Source of the DNA: an uncultured Coprobacillus sp.
Lineage (GTDB): Bacteria; Bacillota_I; Bacilli_A; ML615J-28; CAG-698
Direction: 5' to 3'
Length of the DNA stretch: 64,000 bases
Assembly: GCA_964385755.1 (NCBI GenBank)
Contig: CAYLPZ010000001.1
Location: 227,529 to 291,528 of the forward strand
Each line of letters begins with the position of its first letter. Position 1 is the stretch's first letter. Position numbers and translations under genes: made by a program. The notes below the pieces were generated by a model. It had not been told where the DNA came from. It saw only the letters and a list, made by a program, of their open reading frames with translations, and made no database searches. Below, one piece after another: positions 1-8,591 of this stretch.

Positions 1-185
1 CTATTAAAGAACATTCTTGGGGCCAAAGAGTAGTAAGAATATATGCCCCTGATATGCATATTATTGAAATAGGTGAGAATATTAAAACAGTATGCAAACG
101 TTTCTTGAATAGTGGAATGACAGTAGAGCAGGTTGCCAAAAGAATGGATGTACCTATTAAATTTGTAAATTCATGTATTCGATAA
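1..185 (+). CDS. 3' end of a truncated ORF (window-clipped) ending in a helix-turn-helix-like tail (…GMTVEQVAKRMDVPIKFVNSCIR*). Possibly a resolvase- or transposase-type HTH remnant.
   Basis: Open frame from base 3 to the TAA at 183-185. The C-terminus resembles the HTH_7/HTH_23 recognition helices of recombinases. There is no start inside the window. GC is intermediate (~35%). Confidence 0.3.
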   Translation, partial: IKEHSWGQRVVRIYAPDMHIIEIGENIKTVCKRFLNSGMTVEQVAKRMDVPIKFVNSCIR

Positions 186-230
186 ATTCCAATTTGACGG
201 TTAGTTGATGCGATAAAAAAGGAGGACCTT

Positions 231-1346
231 ATGTTTAACAAACACGAAATATCACGCAATGCGTGTCAATTATACGGCGGTCAAGCGAAGTGTGGCTACG
301 ATTGGTGGTGGCATTCCTTTACCGCGCGGAATGAAAAAACGGGCGAGGGGAAGGGCTTCTTTATTGAATACTTTCTCTGCAATCCACAAAGCGGCGGTGA
401 AGTTCCCGTGCTTGGTCAACTTGCAGAAAACAAAATGAACGGTGTTAAGCCTTCTTATTTGATGGTTAAGGCAGGTACTTGGGGCACTGATGCCGCTCAG
501 TTACATACATTTTTCGGTTGGAATAATATCGAGGTCTCATTCGGTATTCCGTTCTCGGTCAAGGCGGAAGATTGCTACTGCACCGAAACCGAGATGCGAG
601 GTCACGTTAAAATTGAAGATGCTGAGGCACACCCCGAATGGATGTGTCAGAATGGTGAAATGTCTTGGAATCTCAAAATCGATAAAAAAGTTGCATTCAA
701 CGTAGGCTACGGCGCAGGAAAGCTGTTCCGTAAGATGCAACTCTTTGAGATGTTTTGGCACGCAGAGGGAATGAAAACTGCTTACGAAGGTGAGGTCATT
801 TGGAACGGTGAGAAATATATCGTCACGCCCGAAATCTGCTATGGCTATGCGGATAAGAACTGGGGTAAGGATTTTACATCTCCTTGGGTGTGGCTCTCAT
901 CCAACAATCTGACAAGCAAGCTTACGGGCAAGAAACTGACTGACAGTGTTTTCGATATTGGCGGAGGTTGCCCAAAGGTCGGTACCGTCGCGCTCAAGAG
1001 GAAACTCCTTTCTGCCTATTGGTATGAGGGAAAATGCTATGAGTTCAACTTTTCAAAGTTTTGGACGTTCACGCGCACCAAATTTGAATGCAAAGAAACT
1101 GATACTCAGATCATCTGGCACGTGGAGCAGAAAACGTGGCGCAATCGTATGGTGACCGACATCACCTGCGAGAAAAAGGATATGCTTCTTGTCAACTATG
1201 AAGCCCCCAATGGTAAGAAGCTACATAAACGTCTATGGAACGGTGGTAACGGTAAAGGTATTGTTAAGCTCTATCGCGGCAAGAAACTCATCGATGAGGT
1301 TATTTGCGAGAATGTAGGCTGTGAATACGGAGAGTATGATTCTTAA
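231..1346 (+). CDS. Tocopherol cyclase family (Tocopherol_cycl-like) protein, compositionally foreign
   Basis: 371-aa ORF with a perfect RBS (AAGGAGG 6 nt upstream). GC is about 45-48% against ~28% in the flanks. Motifs VIWNGEKY…YGYADKNWGKDFTSPWVWL match the conserved (Y)xEKNWGxxFPxxWxWxQ core of tocopherol cyclases (VTE1 / Slr1737), and FFIEYF is analogous to FFEGWY. Confidence 0.55.
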   Translation: MFNKHEISRNACQLYGGQAKCGYDWWWHSFTARNEKTGEGKGFFIEYFLCNPQSGGEVPVLGQLAENKMNGVKPSYLMVKAGTWGTDAAQLHTFFGWNNIEVSFGIPFSVKAEDCYCTETEMRGHVKIEDAEAHPEWMCQNGEMSWNLKIDKKVAFNVGYGAGKLFRKMQLFEMFWHAEGMKTAYEGEVIWNGEKYIVTPEICYGYADKNWGKDFTSPWVWLSSNNLTSKLTGKKLTDSVFDIGGGCPKVGTVALKRKLLSAYWYEGKCYEFNFSKFWTFTRTKFECKETDTQIIWHVEQKTWRNRMVTDITCEKKDMLLVNYEAPNGKKLHKRLWNGGNGKGIVKLYRGKKLIDEVICENVGCEYGEYDS

Positions 1347-1474
1347 AACGGAACATATCGATAAATTAGAATTTATCCATCAGCGCAACAATGCCAAAAC
1401 AGGGTGTTTTCAAAAAAACGAAAGGTGTTTGCATTTTGTATTAAAATGGTTTATCTTTGCCATATTTAATGAAC

Positions 1475-1527
1475 GACTTTGATACAATAACAAACGAAGT
1501 TTGTTTTGGGTGTCAAAGTCTTTTTTA
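1475..1527 (+). terminator. Rho-independent terminator of the GC-rich gene
   Basis: Imperfect inverted repeat GACTTTGATACA…TGTCAAAGTC (1475-1520) followed by TTTTTT (1521-1526). Confidence 0.5.
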
Positions 1528-1701
1528 TATCTAAATAATGGCAAAAACTAGCTAAAATAACGATTTTGGTGAGTTTCAACCATTATTTTTTCCATATTCT
1601 AAAAAGATTCTATTACAAGAGTAGTGGCAAACTCAGGGAGATTAAATTTCTTTCTTTGATTCTCGAAACACAAGAAACAAGCACAGCATAATCGTAATTA
1701 T

Positions 1702-1730
1702 TTGACATACATCCTTTTATGTGATATATT
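1702..1730 (+). promoter_or_regulatory. Sigma-A type promoter for the 1753 gene
   Basis: TTGACA (1702-1707), a 17-bp spacer, then the extended -10 TGaTATATT (1722-1730). The RBS GGGGGA precedes the ATG at 1753. Confidence 0.45.
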
Positions 1731-1752
1731 AAAAATATAGGGGGAATTATTT

Positions 1753-2676
1753 ATGAGCAAAAAGATTACAGCTTTTTTTGAAGAATACAATATGAAGGAA
1801 GTATATAAAAATACTTATTATGGAAAGCTACATGGATTCGAAGCAAATGGATTTTATATTCCTACAGATCAAAAATTTCCAATTCAGATTCATCTATCTT
1901 TATATCTAGACAACAAACAACCAGTGATTAGTAAACTAAAAAATAGTGGTTTCAAATACTTTGATGTTATTGGAAGTGATTATGGTATTTTATTACTTTT
2001 TAATGGTATAACATTTAATTCAATGAAAAAGGATTTTAACGAAAAACTAAGTTTCGTATTTGATACTATTAATTCATTTAACGCAAAAGGGTTAGGTTAT
2101 GATCCTGTTACAGGTGATGAATTAACTGAAGATGCACGTTTATATTCATTGGAAAGAGGTTCAATCATTTTAAATCCAACAACTGCAGAGACATTAAATG
2201 CTAGAATAAGAGAAGAAAATAAAGACTTTGATAATATGCCAAATAATTATCTTAAAGGCTTCGCTGGTGCATTACTAGGATCACTTGCGGGGATTGTACT
2301 AATGATTGTCTTAAGTATTGCGGGATTTATTTCATCTTTATCAGGTTTCGTTGCGGTTTTTTGTGGTGAGAAACTTTATCGTGCATTTAAAGGCAAACCA
2401 AATAAAATGATGATTGTAATTGTATCTGTTACTTCAATTGTGATGATGCTTCTTGGTATTGTTATTATAGATGCAATAATTATAGAGAATGCATATATTG
2501 AAGCAGGTGCTTCAAATGGAATAATTAATGATTTCATTAATTCTTTCCAAGTTCCTGAAATATCTGCTTTATTAATTAAAGATATTTTAATGACAATACT
2601 ATTTACTGCAATTGGTGTTGGTGTTACTATAGCTCCAATGTTTAATAAGACAAAACGTCAATCAACTTTAAAATAA
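1753..2676 (+). CDS. Hypothetical protein with a soluble N-terminal domain and C-terminal transmembrane helices
   Basis: 307-aa ORF with a strong RBS. The C-terminal ~130 aa are hydrophobic (3-4 predicted TM). No recognisable family. Confidence 0.5.
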   Translation: MSKKITAFFEEYNMKEVYKNTYYGKLHGFEANGFYIPTDQKFPIQIHLSLYLDNKQPVISKLKNSGFKYFDVIGSDYGILLLFNGITFNSMKKDFNEKLSFVFDTINSFNAKGLGYDPVTGDELTEDARLYSLERGSIILNPTTAETLNARIREENKDFDNMPNNYLKGFAGALLGSLAGIVLMIVLSIAGFISSLSGFVAVFCGEKLYRAFKGKPNKMMIVIVSVTSIVMMLLGIVIIDAIIIENAYIEAGASNGIINDFINSFQVPEISALLIKDILMTILFTAIGVGVTIAPMFNKTKRQSTLK

Positions 2677-2700
2677 ATATTTTTGTTAGAACTAAATTAA

Positions 2701-2727
2701 TACCTTAGATTTTCTAAGGTATTTTTT
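2701..2727 (+). terminator. Rho-independent terminator
   Basis: TACCTTAGAttttcTAAGGTA hairpin followed by TTTTTTAT. Confidence 0.55.
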
Positions 2728-2761
2728 ATGTATAATAATTGTTAATTACTTTAACGCAACT

Positions 2762-2809
2762 AAAATAAAAAAAGGATGCAATTGACATAACATCATTGCG
2801 TCCTTTTTA
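2762..2809 (-). terminator. Bidirectional hairpin terminator immediately 3' of the TIR-methyltransferase gene
   Basis: AGGATGCAAT (2773-2782) pairs with ATTGCGTCCT (2795-2804). An A-run lies on one side and a T-run on the other. Confidence 0.55.
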
Positions 2810-2811
2810 TT

Positions 2812-4188
2812 TTATTTCTTCTGGGCAACACCAACAAAATCAATTTCTGAATACCAGAAGGTTTCATCAGCAAATTTATTTTCTAATTCACTAAGTAAAT
2901 ATTCAATATCCTCTAATTTCTTCTGATTTACTGCATTGTATGGATCTTTTTCACAAAGGTTTTTTATATAATTCTTACGATAAGAGAAACGTTCTAAAAA
3001 GATTTCATAACGCTCATCCATGTCCATTCCAGAAATTTCTTTTACCCAATTGAACATTCTAACATTCTTGTAACCTGAGGAAATAAGTTGTGAATATATT
3101 TTTCTACCATTATGACGGTCAGAAATACCATCACAAGAAAGATGTATGTCAACCACCTTTTGTACTAGGTCATCATCATTATAACTTACAATCGAACCAT
3201 CATCAGATCCTCGAATAATGATATATCCATCCTTTGATAAAACTTTACGAATAGTTCGAAGCAACTTATTTGGATTCTTTAAGTGGTGAATAACTAAAGA
3301 AGCAAAAATAATATCAAATTTCTCAATATTCTTTTCTTCCATAATCTCTTCAAGATTATCAATTAATTCTTCATCTTCTAGATCAAGAACATAATATGAG
3401 GCTCCATCAAATGAAGAATTCTCTTTAGCATATTCAATCAGTTTTTCACTACGGTCCACTCCAATTAAATTAATCCCAGGAATATTAGCAAAACGATCTT
3501 TTGTAACATAACCATACGCACAACCCATATCAAGGATATTAATAGTATCTTTATGTGCTAATTGTGCAAGAACATAACGTATAGCGTTATTATCTGGCTC
3601 ACGTGTATTAGCAGCCTGAATTTTTAAACGTTTAAGTTCACTTTTAATCTCTGCCTTATAAGAGGAAAGATGTTTTCCAGTTGAAAGAGAAATTGATTCC
3701 TTTTGAAGTGGTATTTGTCCACTTCCCACTGGTTTTACACTATTTATAAACTTTTTGATAAAAGAGACAACATCAGAAATAGAAGAAACACCTATTTCAA
3801 AAGTTTGATAATTACGTAAAGACCTAGGAACATCACAACCACTGATATTTTTAATATAAGGGACAATACAAGCAGACTTCTTTCTACCAGATAAAATATC
3901 ATTATGAAAACTTTCTCTTTCGTAAGAAACCCATTGAGAAGTTAAATATTCAACTTTTGTAGCAATAGACACCAATACTGATGACTGTTCAAGGGCATCT
4001 TCAATAGCATTCTTATAAGCTGCAGCACCTACCTCATTTAAAACTATATTACTGTAGAAAACATTTAGATTTTCTTGTTTTAAAGCAAGATATAGTTTCT
4101 CCGCAAGATAACTATCCTCTGTATAGGTTCCATTTTCATCTGTGTTTTTAAAAGAAATAAATACATCATATCTCATATTGTTCACCAT
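2812..4188 (-). CDS. TIR-domain (TIR_2) protein fused to a class I SAM-dependent methyltransferase
   Basis: N-terminus YDVFISF…NAIEDALEQSSVLVSIATKVEYLTSQWVSYERE matches the TIR_2 pattern DVFISYS…AIxxSxxxIvVlSxxYxxSxWCxxE and includes the catalytic Glu. The C-terminal half carries methyltransferase motif I ILDMGCAYGYVT, the post-I acidic residue IGVDRS, motif II DIIFASLVIHHL and motif III LSKDGYIIIR. The true start may be the second Met at 4176 (a GGTGA RBS-like element lies 5 nt upstream). Confidence 0.8.
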   Translation of the reverse strand: MVNNMRYDVFISFKNTDENGTYTEDSYLAEKLYLALKQENLNVFYSNIVLNEVGAAAYKNAIEDALEQSSVLVSIATKVEYLTSQWVSYERESFHNDILSGRKKSACIVPYIKNISGCDVPRSLRNYQTFEIGVSSISDVVSFIKKFINSVKPVGSGQIPLQKESISLSTGKHLSSYKAEIKSELKRLKIQAANTREPDNNAIRYVLAQLAHKDTINILDMGCAYGYVTKDRFANIPGINLIGVDRSEKLIEYAKENSSFDGASYYVLDLEDEELIDNLEEIMEEKNIEKFDIIFASLVIHHLKNPNKLLRTIRKVLSKDGYIIIRGSDDGSIVSYNDDDLVQKVVDIHLSCDGISDRHNGRKIYSQLISSGYKNVRMFNWVKEISGMDMDERYEIFLERFSYRKNYIKNLCEKDPYNAVNQKKLEDIEYLLSELENKFADETFWYSEIDFVGVAQKK

Positions 4189-4211
4189 GTTTTCTTTTTA
4201 ATATATTTTAA

Positions 4212-4240
4212 AATATATCATAGTTTTTCATTCAATACAA
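4212..4240 (-). promoter_or_regulatory. Candidate sigma-A promoter of the TIR-methyltransferase gene
   Basis: On the minus strand: TTGTAT, a 17-bp spacer, then the TG-extended TATATT. The implied TSS is ~17-30 nt upstream of the start codon. Confidence 0.35.
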
Positions 4241-4526
4241 GAGCTTTTGTTAGAAAAAATATTTTTATTAAAAAAGAGTCATAATATTAAATAACTATTT
4301 ATAATATTGTATAATATATCTATAAAAATAAATAAACTAAAAAAATGATAAAGTATTTCTTACAATAGAAAATATGTACTTGTTGATGATGAAATAAAAC
4401 TTATCAGTTATTATCCAAATTACAAAACAACCCTTGCGTGGTATCAAGATTTATCTGTATGTAGACAAGTAGATAATAGAGATACTGCATATGGTTTATT
4501 GCTTCTAAATAAATAGTGGTGAAAAT

Positions 4527-4841
4527 ATGAGCAAAAATATTAATAAACGAGTTTATGATTATTTACTACTTATACCAAAAGGAAAAGTTGTAACTTACCA
4601 ACAAGTAGCACAATATCTTGGTAACAAAAACTTATCGAGAGTTGTAGGTAATGTATTACACGTAAATCCTGATCCAATAAACTATCCTTGTTATAAAGTA
4701 GTAAACTCAAAAGGTTTTCTTGCAAGAAATTTTGGTGATGGCGGAATTGAAAAGCAAAAAGAAAAACTAATGAATGATGGCATAGACGTTATAGATAATC
4801 GTGTTGATTTAACTAAATATCAGTGGAATGATAAAAAATAA
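4527..4841 (+). CDS. Minimal methylated-DNA-protein-cysteine methyltransferase (MGMT C-terminal DNA-binding domain only, active-site Cys retained)
   Basis: 104-aa ORF. GNVLHVNPDPINYPCYKVV matches the MGMT signature G-x-NP-x4-IPCHRV with the Cys present. There is no N-terminal Ada/Ogt domain. Confidence 0.65.
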   Translation: MSKNINKRVYDYLLLIPKGKVVTYQQVAQYLGNKNLSRVVGNVLHVNPDPINYPCYKVVNSKGFLARNFGDGGIEKQKEKLMNDGIDVIDNRVDLTKYQWNDKK

Positions 4842-4869
4842 GAAAATTAATATTTTTTTTATTTTCTTC

Positions 4870-4914
4870 TTGACTCTCCTCTTAAAGGGATAGTGTATAA
4901 ATATATTAGGAGGC
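4870..4914 (+). promoter_or_regulatory. MerR-type promoter and operator: TTGACT, 20-bp spacer containing a dyad, TATAAA, then RBS
   Basis: TTGACT (4870-4875) then the spacer ctcctcttaaagggatagtg (20 bp) then TATAAA (4896-4901). The spacer holds the imperfect dyad ACTCTCC-n8-GGATAGT. GGAGG (4908-4912) lies 8 nt before the ATG of the MerR gene. An over-long spacer with a dyad is diagnostic of MerR-family regulated promoters. Confidence 0.55.
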
Positions 4915-4920
4915 GATATT

Positions 4921-5724
4921 ATGCTTAAAATAGGTGATTTTTCTAAGATGTCAAAAGTAACAATTAAAGCGTTAAGGTATTATGAAAGGGAAAAGATATT
5001 AATTCCAAAATATGTAGACAAAGAAAATGGTTATAGATATTATGAAAGTAGTCAACTTTTAGAGATATCTAGAATCATTTATTATAAACAAATTGGTCTT
5101 ACTATTGATGAAATTAAACAAATCATTGTACATAAAAAACCTATTAATGCGATTATTGAAACTAAAAAAATTGAAATTGAAAACTCTATTTTACAATATA
5201 ATAACATGCTTTCTAAAATAAATTATTTATTGGAGGAAAAAATGATGGAAAATGAAATTTTTGAAAAGGTAATTCCAAGTTATTATGTTTATTACAAAGA
5301 AGGTATTTTAAAAGACTATAGTGAAGCTTCTTCTTTTATCTACACATCAGGTGCTGAATGCTTAGAGTTAAACCCTACAATTAAATGTGTTAAACCTGAT
5401 TATTGTTATATAAATTACTTAGATGGTGAATACAAAGATAAGAACATCAAAATAAGATATGTTCAAGCTGTAATTAAAGAAGATTATTCATTTGTTGAAA
5501 ATGATAGTATTAAATTCACCCAAATACCAGAAGTAAAATGTATTTGTATTTATCACAAAGGAGCATATGATTCTTTAGGAGAATCATACGCTAAAATAAT
5601 GAAGTATATCGAAGATAATAATTTAATAATAAACGAATTCCCTAGAGAATGTTACATTGATGGAATATGGAACAAAGAAAATGTAGAAGAATGGTTAACT
5701 GAAATTCAAGTACCAATTAAATAA
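4921..5724 (+). CDS. MerR-family transcriptional regulator with a C-terminal GyrI-like (BmrR-type) effector-binding domain
   Basis: N-terminus MLKIGDFSKMSKVTIKALRYYEREKIL matches the MerR HTH. A coiled linker is followed by an ~150-aa C-terminal domain typical of BmrR/GyrI-like multidrug-binding regulators. Confidence 0.7.
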   Translation: MLKIGDFSKMSKVTIKALRYYEREKILIPKYVDKENGYRYYESSQLLEISRIIYYKQIGLTIDEIKQIIVHKKPINAIIETKKIEIENSILQYNNMLSKINYLLEEKMMENEIFEKVIPSYYVYYKEGILKDYSEASSFIYTSGAECLELNPTIKCVKPDYCYINYLDGEYKDKNIKIRYVQAVIKEDYSFVENDSIKFTQIPEVKCICIYHKGAYDSLGESYAKIMKYIEDNNLIINEFPRECYIDGIWNKENVEEWLTEIQVPIK

Positions 5725-5856
5725 TTTTTCTATTAATATAAGATTTAATGCTATTTTTTATAGTATTAAATCTTTTTCATTTACTATTTAGACATAATTG
5801 TGATAATATAATATACGTAATACATATTATTTAATATAAAATATAGAGGGGAAATT

Positions 5857-6756
5857 ATGAACGGATTAACTTTAGCACTGCTTGCGGCGGTATTCACTTC
5901 TCTTACAACAATTCTTGCAAAAGCGGGAATTAAAAACGTTAATTCAAACTTTGCAACAATGTTTAGAACTAGCATCGTAATAATTTGTTCTTTTGTTCTT
6001 TGTTTAATAACAAAAACAAATCTTTCACTTGAAACTTATAATAAAACAAATATTATTTTCTTAGTTTTATCAGGTGTTGCAACTGGTCTAAGCTGGATTT
6101 GTTATTATAAAGCTTTAAAAATGGCATCAATCAATAAAGTTGCACCTATTGATAAATCAAGTTTTATTTTAACTTCTGTCTTATTTTTAATCTTCTTCTT
6201 CGATCAAACCACAAACAATGGCAATATTTTAACTATCATTATGCTTGTTTTATCAATGTCACTAATGCTTTTTGGAACACTATTAATGATTGATAATAAA
6301 AATAGTGATGGTAATAAAACAAACAAAAAATGGCTAATTTTCGCAATTCTTTCAAGTGTCTTTGCTTCTCTTGTTTCACTTTTCATTAAAATAGGCCTAA
6401 GTGGTATACCAAGTAATGCTGGAACATTTTATCGTACAATTATTGTATTTATATTTTCACTTGCTATAGTAGTTGCAAGAAAAGACTATAAAGGATCCAC
6501 TAAAATCAGCATTAAATCTTGGATTTTCCTAGCATTATCAGGTTTCGCAACAGGAGGTGCTTGGCTTTGTGAATATGCTGCCTTAAGTATGGAAAATGTA
6601 AATCCAGTAATGGTAAGCTCAGCAGGAAAACTATCTATCCTTCTTACTATGCTTCTTTCATTCTTGATTTTTAAAGAAAAATTTACTAAAAAGTCAATTT
6701 TTGGTTTAACTCTTCTTTCTATTGGAATTATAATTATTATAGTATTTAGTTTATAG
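5857..6756 (+). CDS. EamA/DMT-superfamily transporter
   Basis: 299 aa, ~10 TM helices with duplicated EamA-like halves. RBS GAGGGG. Confidence 0.65.
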   Translation: MNGLTLALLAAVFTSLTTILAKAGIKNVNSNFATMFRTSIVIICSFVLCLITKTNLSLETYNKTNIIFLVLSGVATGLSWICYYKALKMASINKVAPIDKSSFILTSVLFLIFFFDQTTNNGNILTIIMLVLSMSLMLFGTLLMIDNKNSDGNKTNKKWLIFAILSSVFASLVSLFIKIGLSGIPSNAGTFYRTIIVFIFSLAIVVARKDYKGSTKISIKSWIFLALSGFATGGAWLCEYAALSMENVNPVMVSSAGKLSILLTMLLSFLIFKEKFTKKSIFGLTLLSIGIIIIIVFSL

Positions 6757-6801
6757 AATATTAAAAAGCCTAAATGAGAATGAATTACTCTCAAATAGGC
6801 T

Positions 6802-7866
6802 TTATTTTTTTTCTTTTGAAAATTCACATCCACAATAGTCTTGACGATATAAATTAAATTTCTTTGAAAGCTCAATTGATTTCAAATAGCCACCCTTTTG
6901 TTTAAAGTCTGCATATAAATATGGCATTTGATATTTTTCTTCAAGATCAATTCCAATCTCATTAAGCCACTTAGCTACTTTATGTGGACTAATAGAAATA
7001 GTAGTTGTGAAAAAATCAAAATTATGTTTCTTTGCGAAAGAACAAGCTTCTTCCATACGTATCTTATAACAATTGTAACATCTTAAGCTCTTCTCACCTA
7101 ATGACTCAAGACCTGAAATACTATCTAAATATTCATTATGATTATATGCAGTATCAATAATCTTAATATCATCATATTTAAGCTTGCTAACTATTTCTCT
7201 TTGCGTTGCAAGTCGTTTTTGATATTCATTAATATTATCAATATTCGGATTATAATATAGGATAGTAATATCAAAATAATCATGTAAAAATGTTAAAGTA
7301 TAGCTACTACAAGGACCACAACAACTATGAAGTAATAGCTTTGGTCTAATATTTAATAACCTAATTTCTTGTAGTTTCTTATAAAAATCATCTAGACTAT
7401 GAATTTTTGTCATTTTCACTACTTTTAAATGATAAAATATGCTTATATCACCAAAAATGCTAATATCGCATTTTGATGTTTTTCCGCGGTAAATATAGTA
7501 ATCATTTTCTTTAATTACAGATATATCTGTATTATTCTTTATATCTATTTCCTTTTTAGAAATTGCTTTAAAATATTCAGTCACACTGTAATTATAATTA
7601 CCTTTGTATATGCAATTCTCATAATTAAAGTTTTTAAATACTTTATTTATAACTGAAGATGGTAAATAAAGTTCTTTGTAATTTGTTACATCAATTTTTC
7701 TAAAAGATTTATCAAAATAGTATGAATAAAGAATTTCATTTGAATGGATTAGGTGAAAATCTTTATCACTATCAAACACAACATTTTTCTTAACAATTAA
7801 TTCTTCAAGTTCTTTAACTGTAAAAAATGAATAATTGCTAATAAGTTTAAGATAATCATTACTCAT
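6802..7866 (-). CDS. queH: Epoxyqueuosine reductase QueH (DUF208) with a ~165-aa N-terminal extension of unknown function
   Basis: C-terminal ~190 aa carry LLLHSCCGPCS, YYNPNI, FTTTISISPHK, KGGYLKSIELSKKFNLYRQDYCGCEFS, which is the QueH Cys-cluster signature. The N-terminal 165 aa have no match. The start overlaps the upstream stop (TAATG), and an AGAGGAAAAG RBS is present. Confidence 0.7.
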   Translation of the reverse strand: MSNDYLKLISNYSFFTVKELEELIVKKNVVFDSDKDFHLIHSNEILYSYYFDKSFRKIDVTNYKELYLPSSVINKVFKNFNYENCIYKGNYNYSVTEYFKAISKKEIDIKNNTDISVIKENDYYIYRGKTSKCDISIFGDISIFYHLKVVKMTKIHSLDDFYKKLQEIRLLNIRPKLLLHSCCGPCSSYTLTFLHDYFDITILYYNPNIDNINEYQKRLATQREIVSKLKYDDIKIIDTAYNHNEYLDSISGLESLGEKSLRCYNCYKIRMEEACSFAKKHNFDFFTTTISISPHKVAKWLNEIGIDLEEKYQMPYLYADFKQKGGYLKSIELSKKFNLYRQDYCGCEFSKEKK

Positions 7867-8525
7867 TATAAAGACTTTTCCTCTTGAAAATCTTCTTTTT
7901 TCTCTTTTTTGTCTTCAGTTTTTTCTTGTTTCTCTTTTTCTTTTTTCTCTTTTTTACTATCTTTACTTAAATTCTTAATAAGATGTTTACCAGCTAAATT
8001 GCTGCGATATGATTTATAACCTTTATATCCATGGAGCACTAAATATGCTGAACATATCAATACCATAGCAAAAAGAATCCAAGCAAAAACTGTTTGTGAA
8101 AAACCACCTTTAACAAAAATTGCAGTACCTAATGTTAATAGAATAATATGAATAAAGAAACTTTCTAGTGTTGAAGGTTCATTTTTAATTGCAGTAGAAA
8201 GAAAGTATATAAAACCTCTTAAGTAAATAACAAATGCAACTAAATAGCTTGTTATTTTATAATTTGAAAAATCTTTGTTATTTATTGCAGAAATAAGCAA
8301 AAAGATTCCACATAAAGTATCTATTACAGTCTCTCCAATCATAAAACCTTTGATTAATTTTGAATTTGTTGTTTTAAATAGTGGTACTATTCTTAATAAA
8401 CCAAATATGATAAATAAAATACCAAATGAATACAACACTACAACTTGACTGATTACTGAAACAACAGCTAGAGATACTAGTAAAGCAACGCTTATCCATT
8501 CTATAATCCATGCATATTTTTTCAT
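7866..8525 (-). CDS. Polytopic membrane protein with a Lys/Glu-rich C-terminal tail
   Basis: 219 aa with 5-6 TM helices. The C-terminus KKEKKEKEKQEKTEDKKEKKED is encoded by a purine-rich low-complexity tract. Confidence 0.5.
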   Translation of the reverse strand: MKKYAWIIEWISVALLVSLAVVSVISQVVVLYSFGILFIIFGLLRIVPLFKTTNSKLIKGFMIGETVIDTLCGIFLLISAINNKDFSNYKITSYLVAFVIYLRGFIYFLSTAIKNEPSTLESFFIHIILLTLGTAIFVKGGFSQTVFAWILFAMVLICSAYLVLHGYKGYKSYRSNLAGKHLIKNLSKDSKKEKKEKEKQEKTEDKKEKKEDFQEEKSL

Positions 8526-8591
8526 ATCAACATCTCCTTTATAATCTTATTATATCATAAGTTTGTATTGATAGATATTTATTTTTTATAT

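Noticed and set aside
490-1155. Short ORFs 490-705(+), 537-761(-) and 946-1155(+) inside the GC-rich gene
   Set aside because: They overlap the well-supported 371-aa ORF in other frames. They have no RBS and are typical high-GC spurious frames.
7866-7960. Purine-rich GAA/AAG microsatellite-like tract
   Set aside because: It is in frame and encodes the K/E-rich C-terminal tail of the 219-aa membrane protein. It is not a non-coding repeat.
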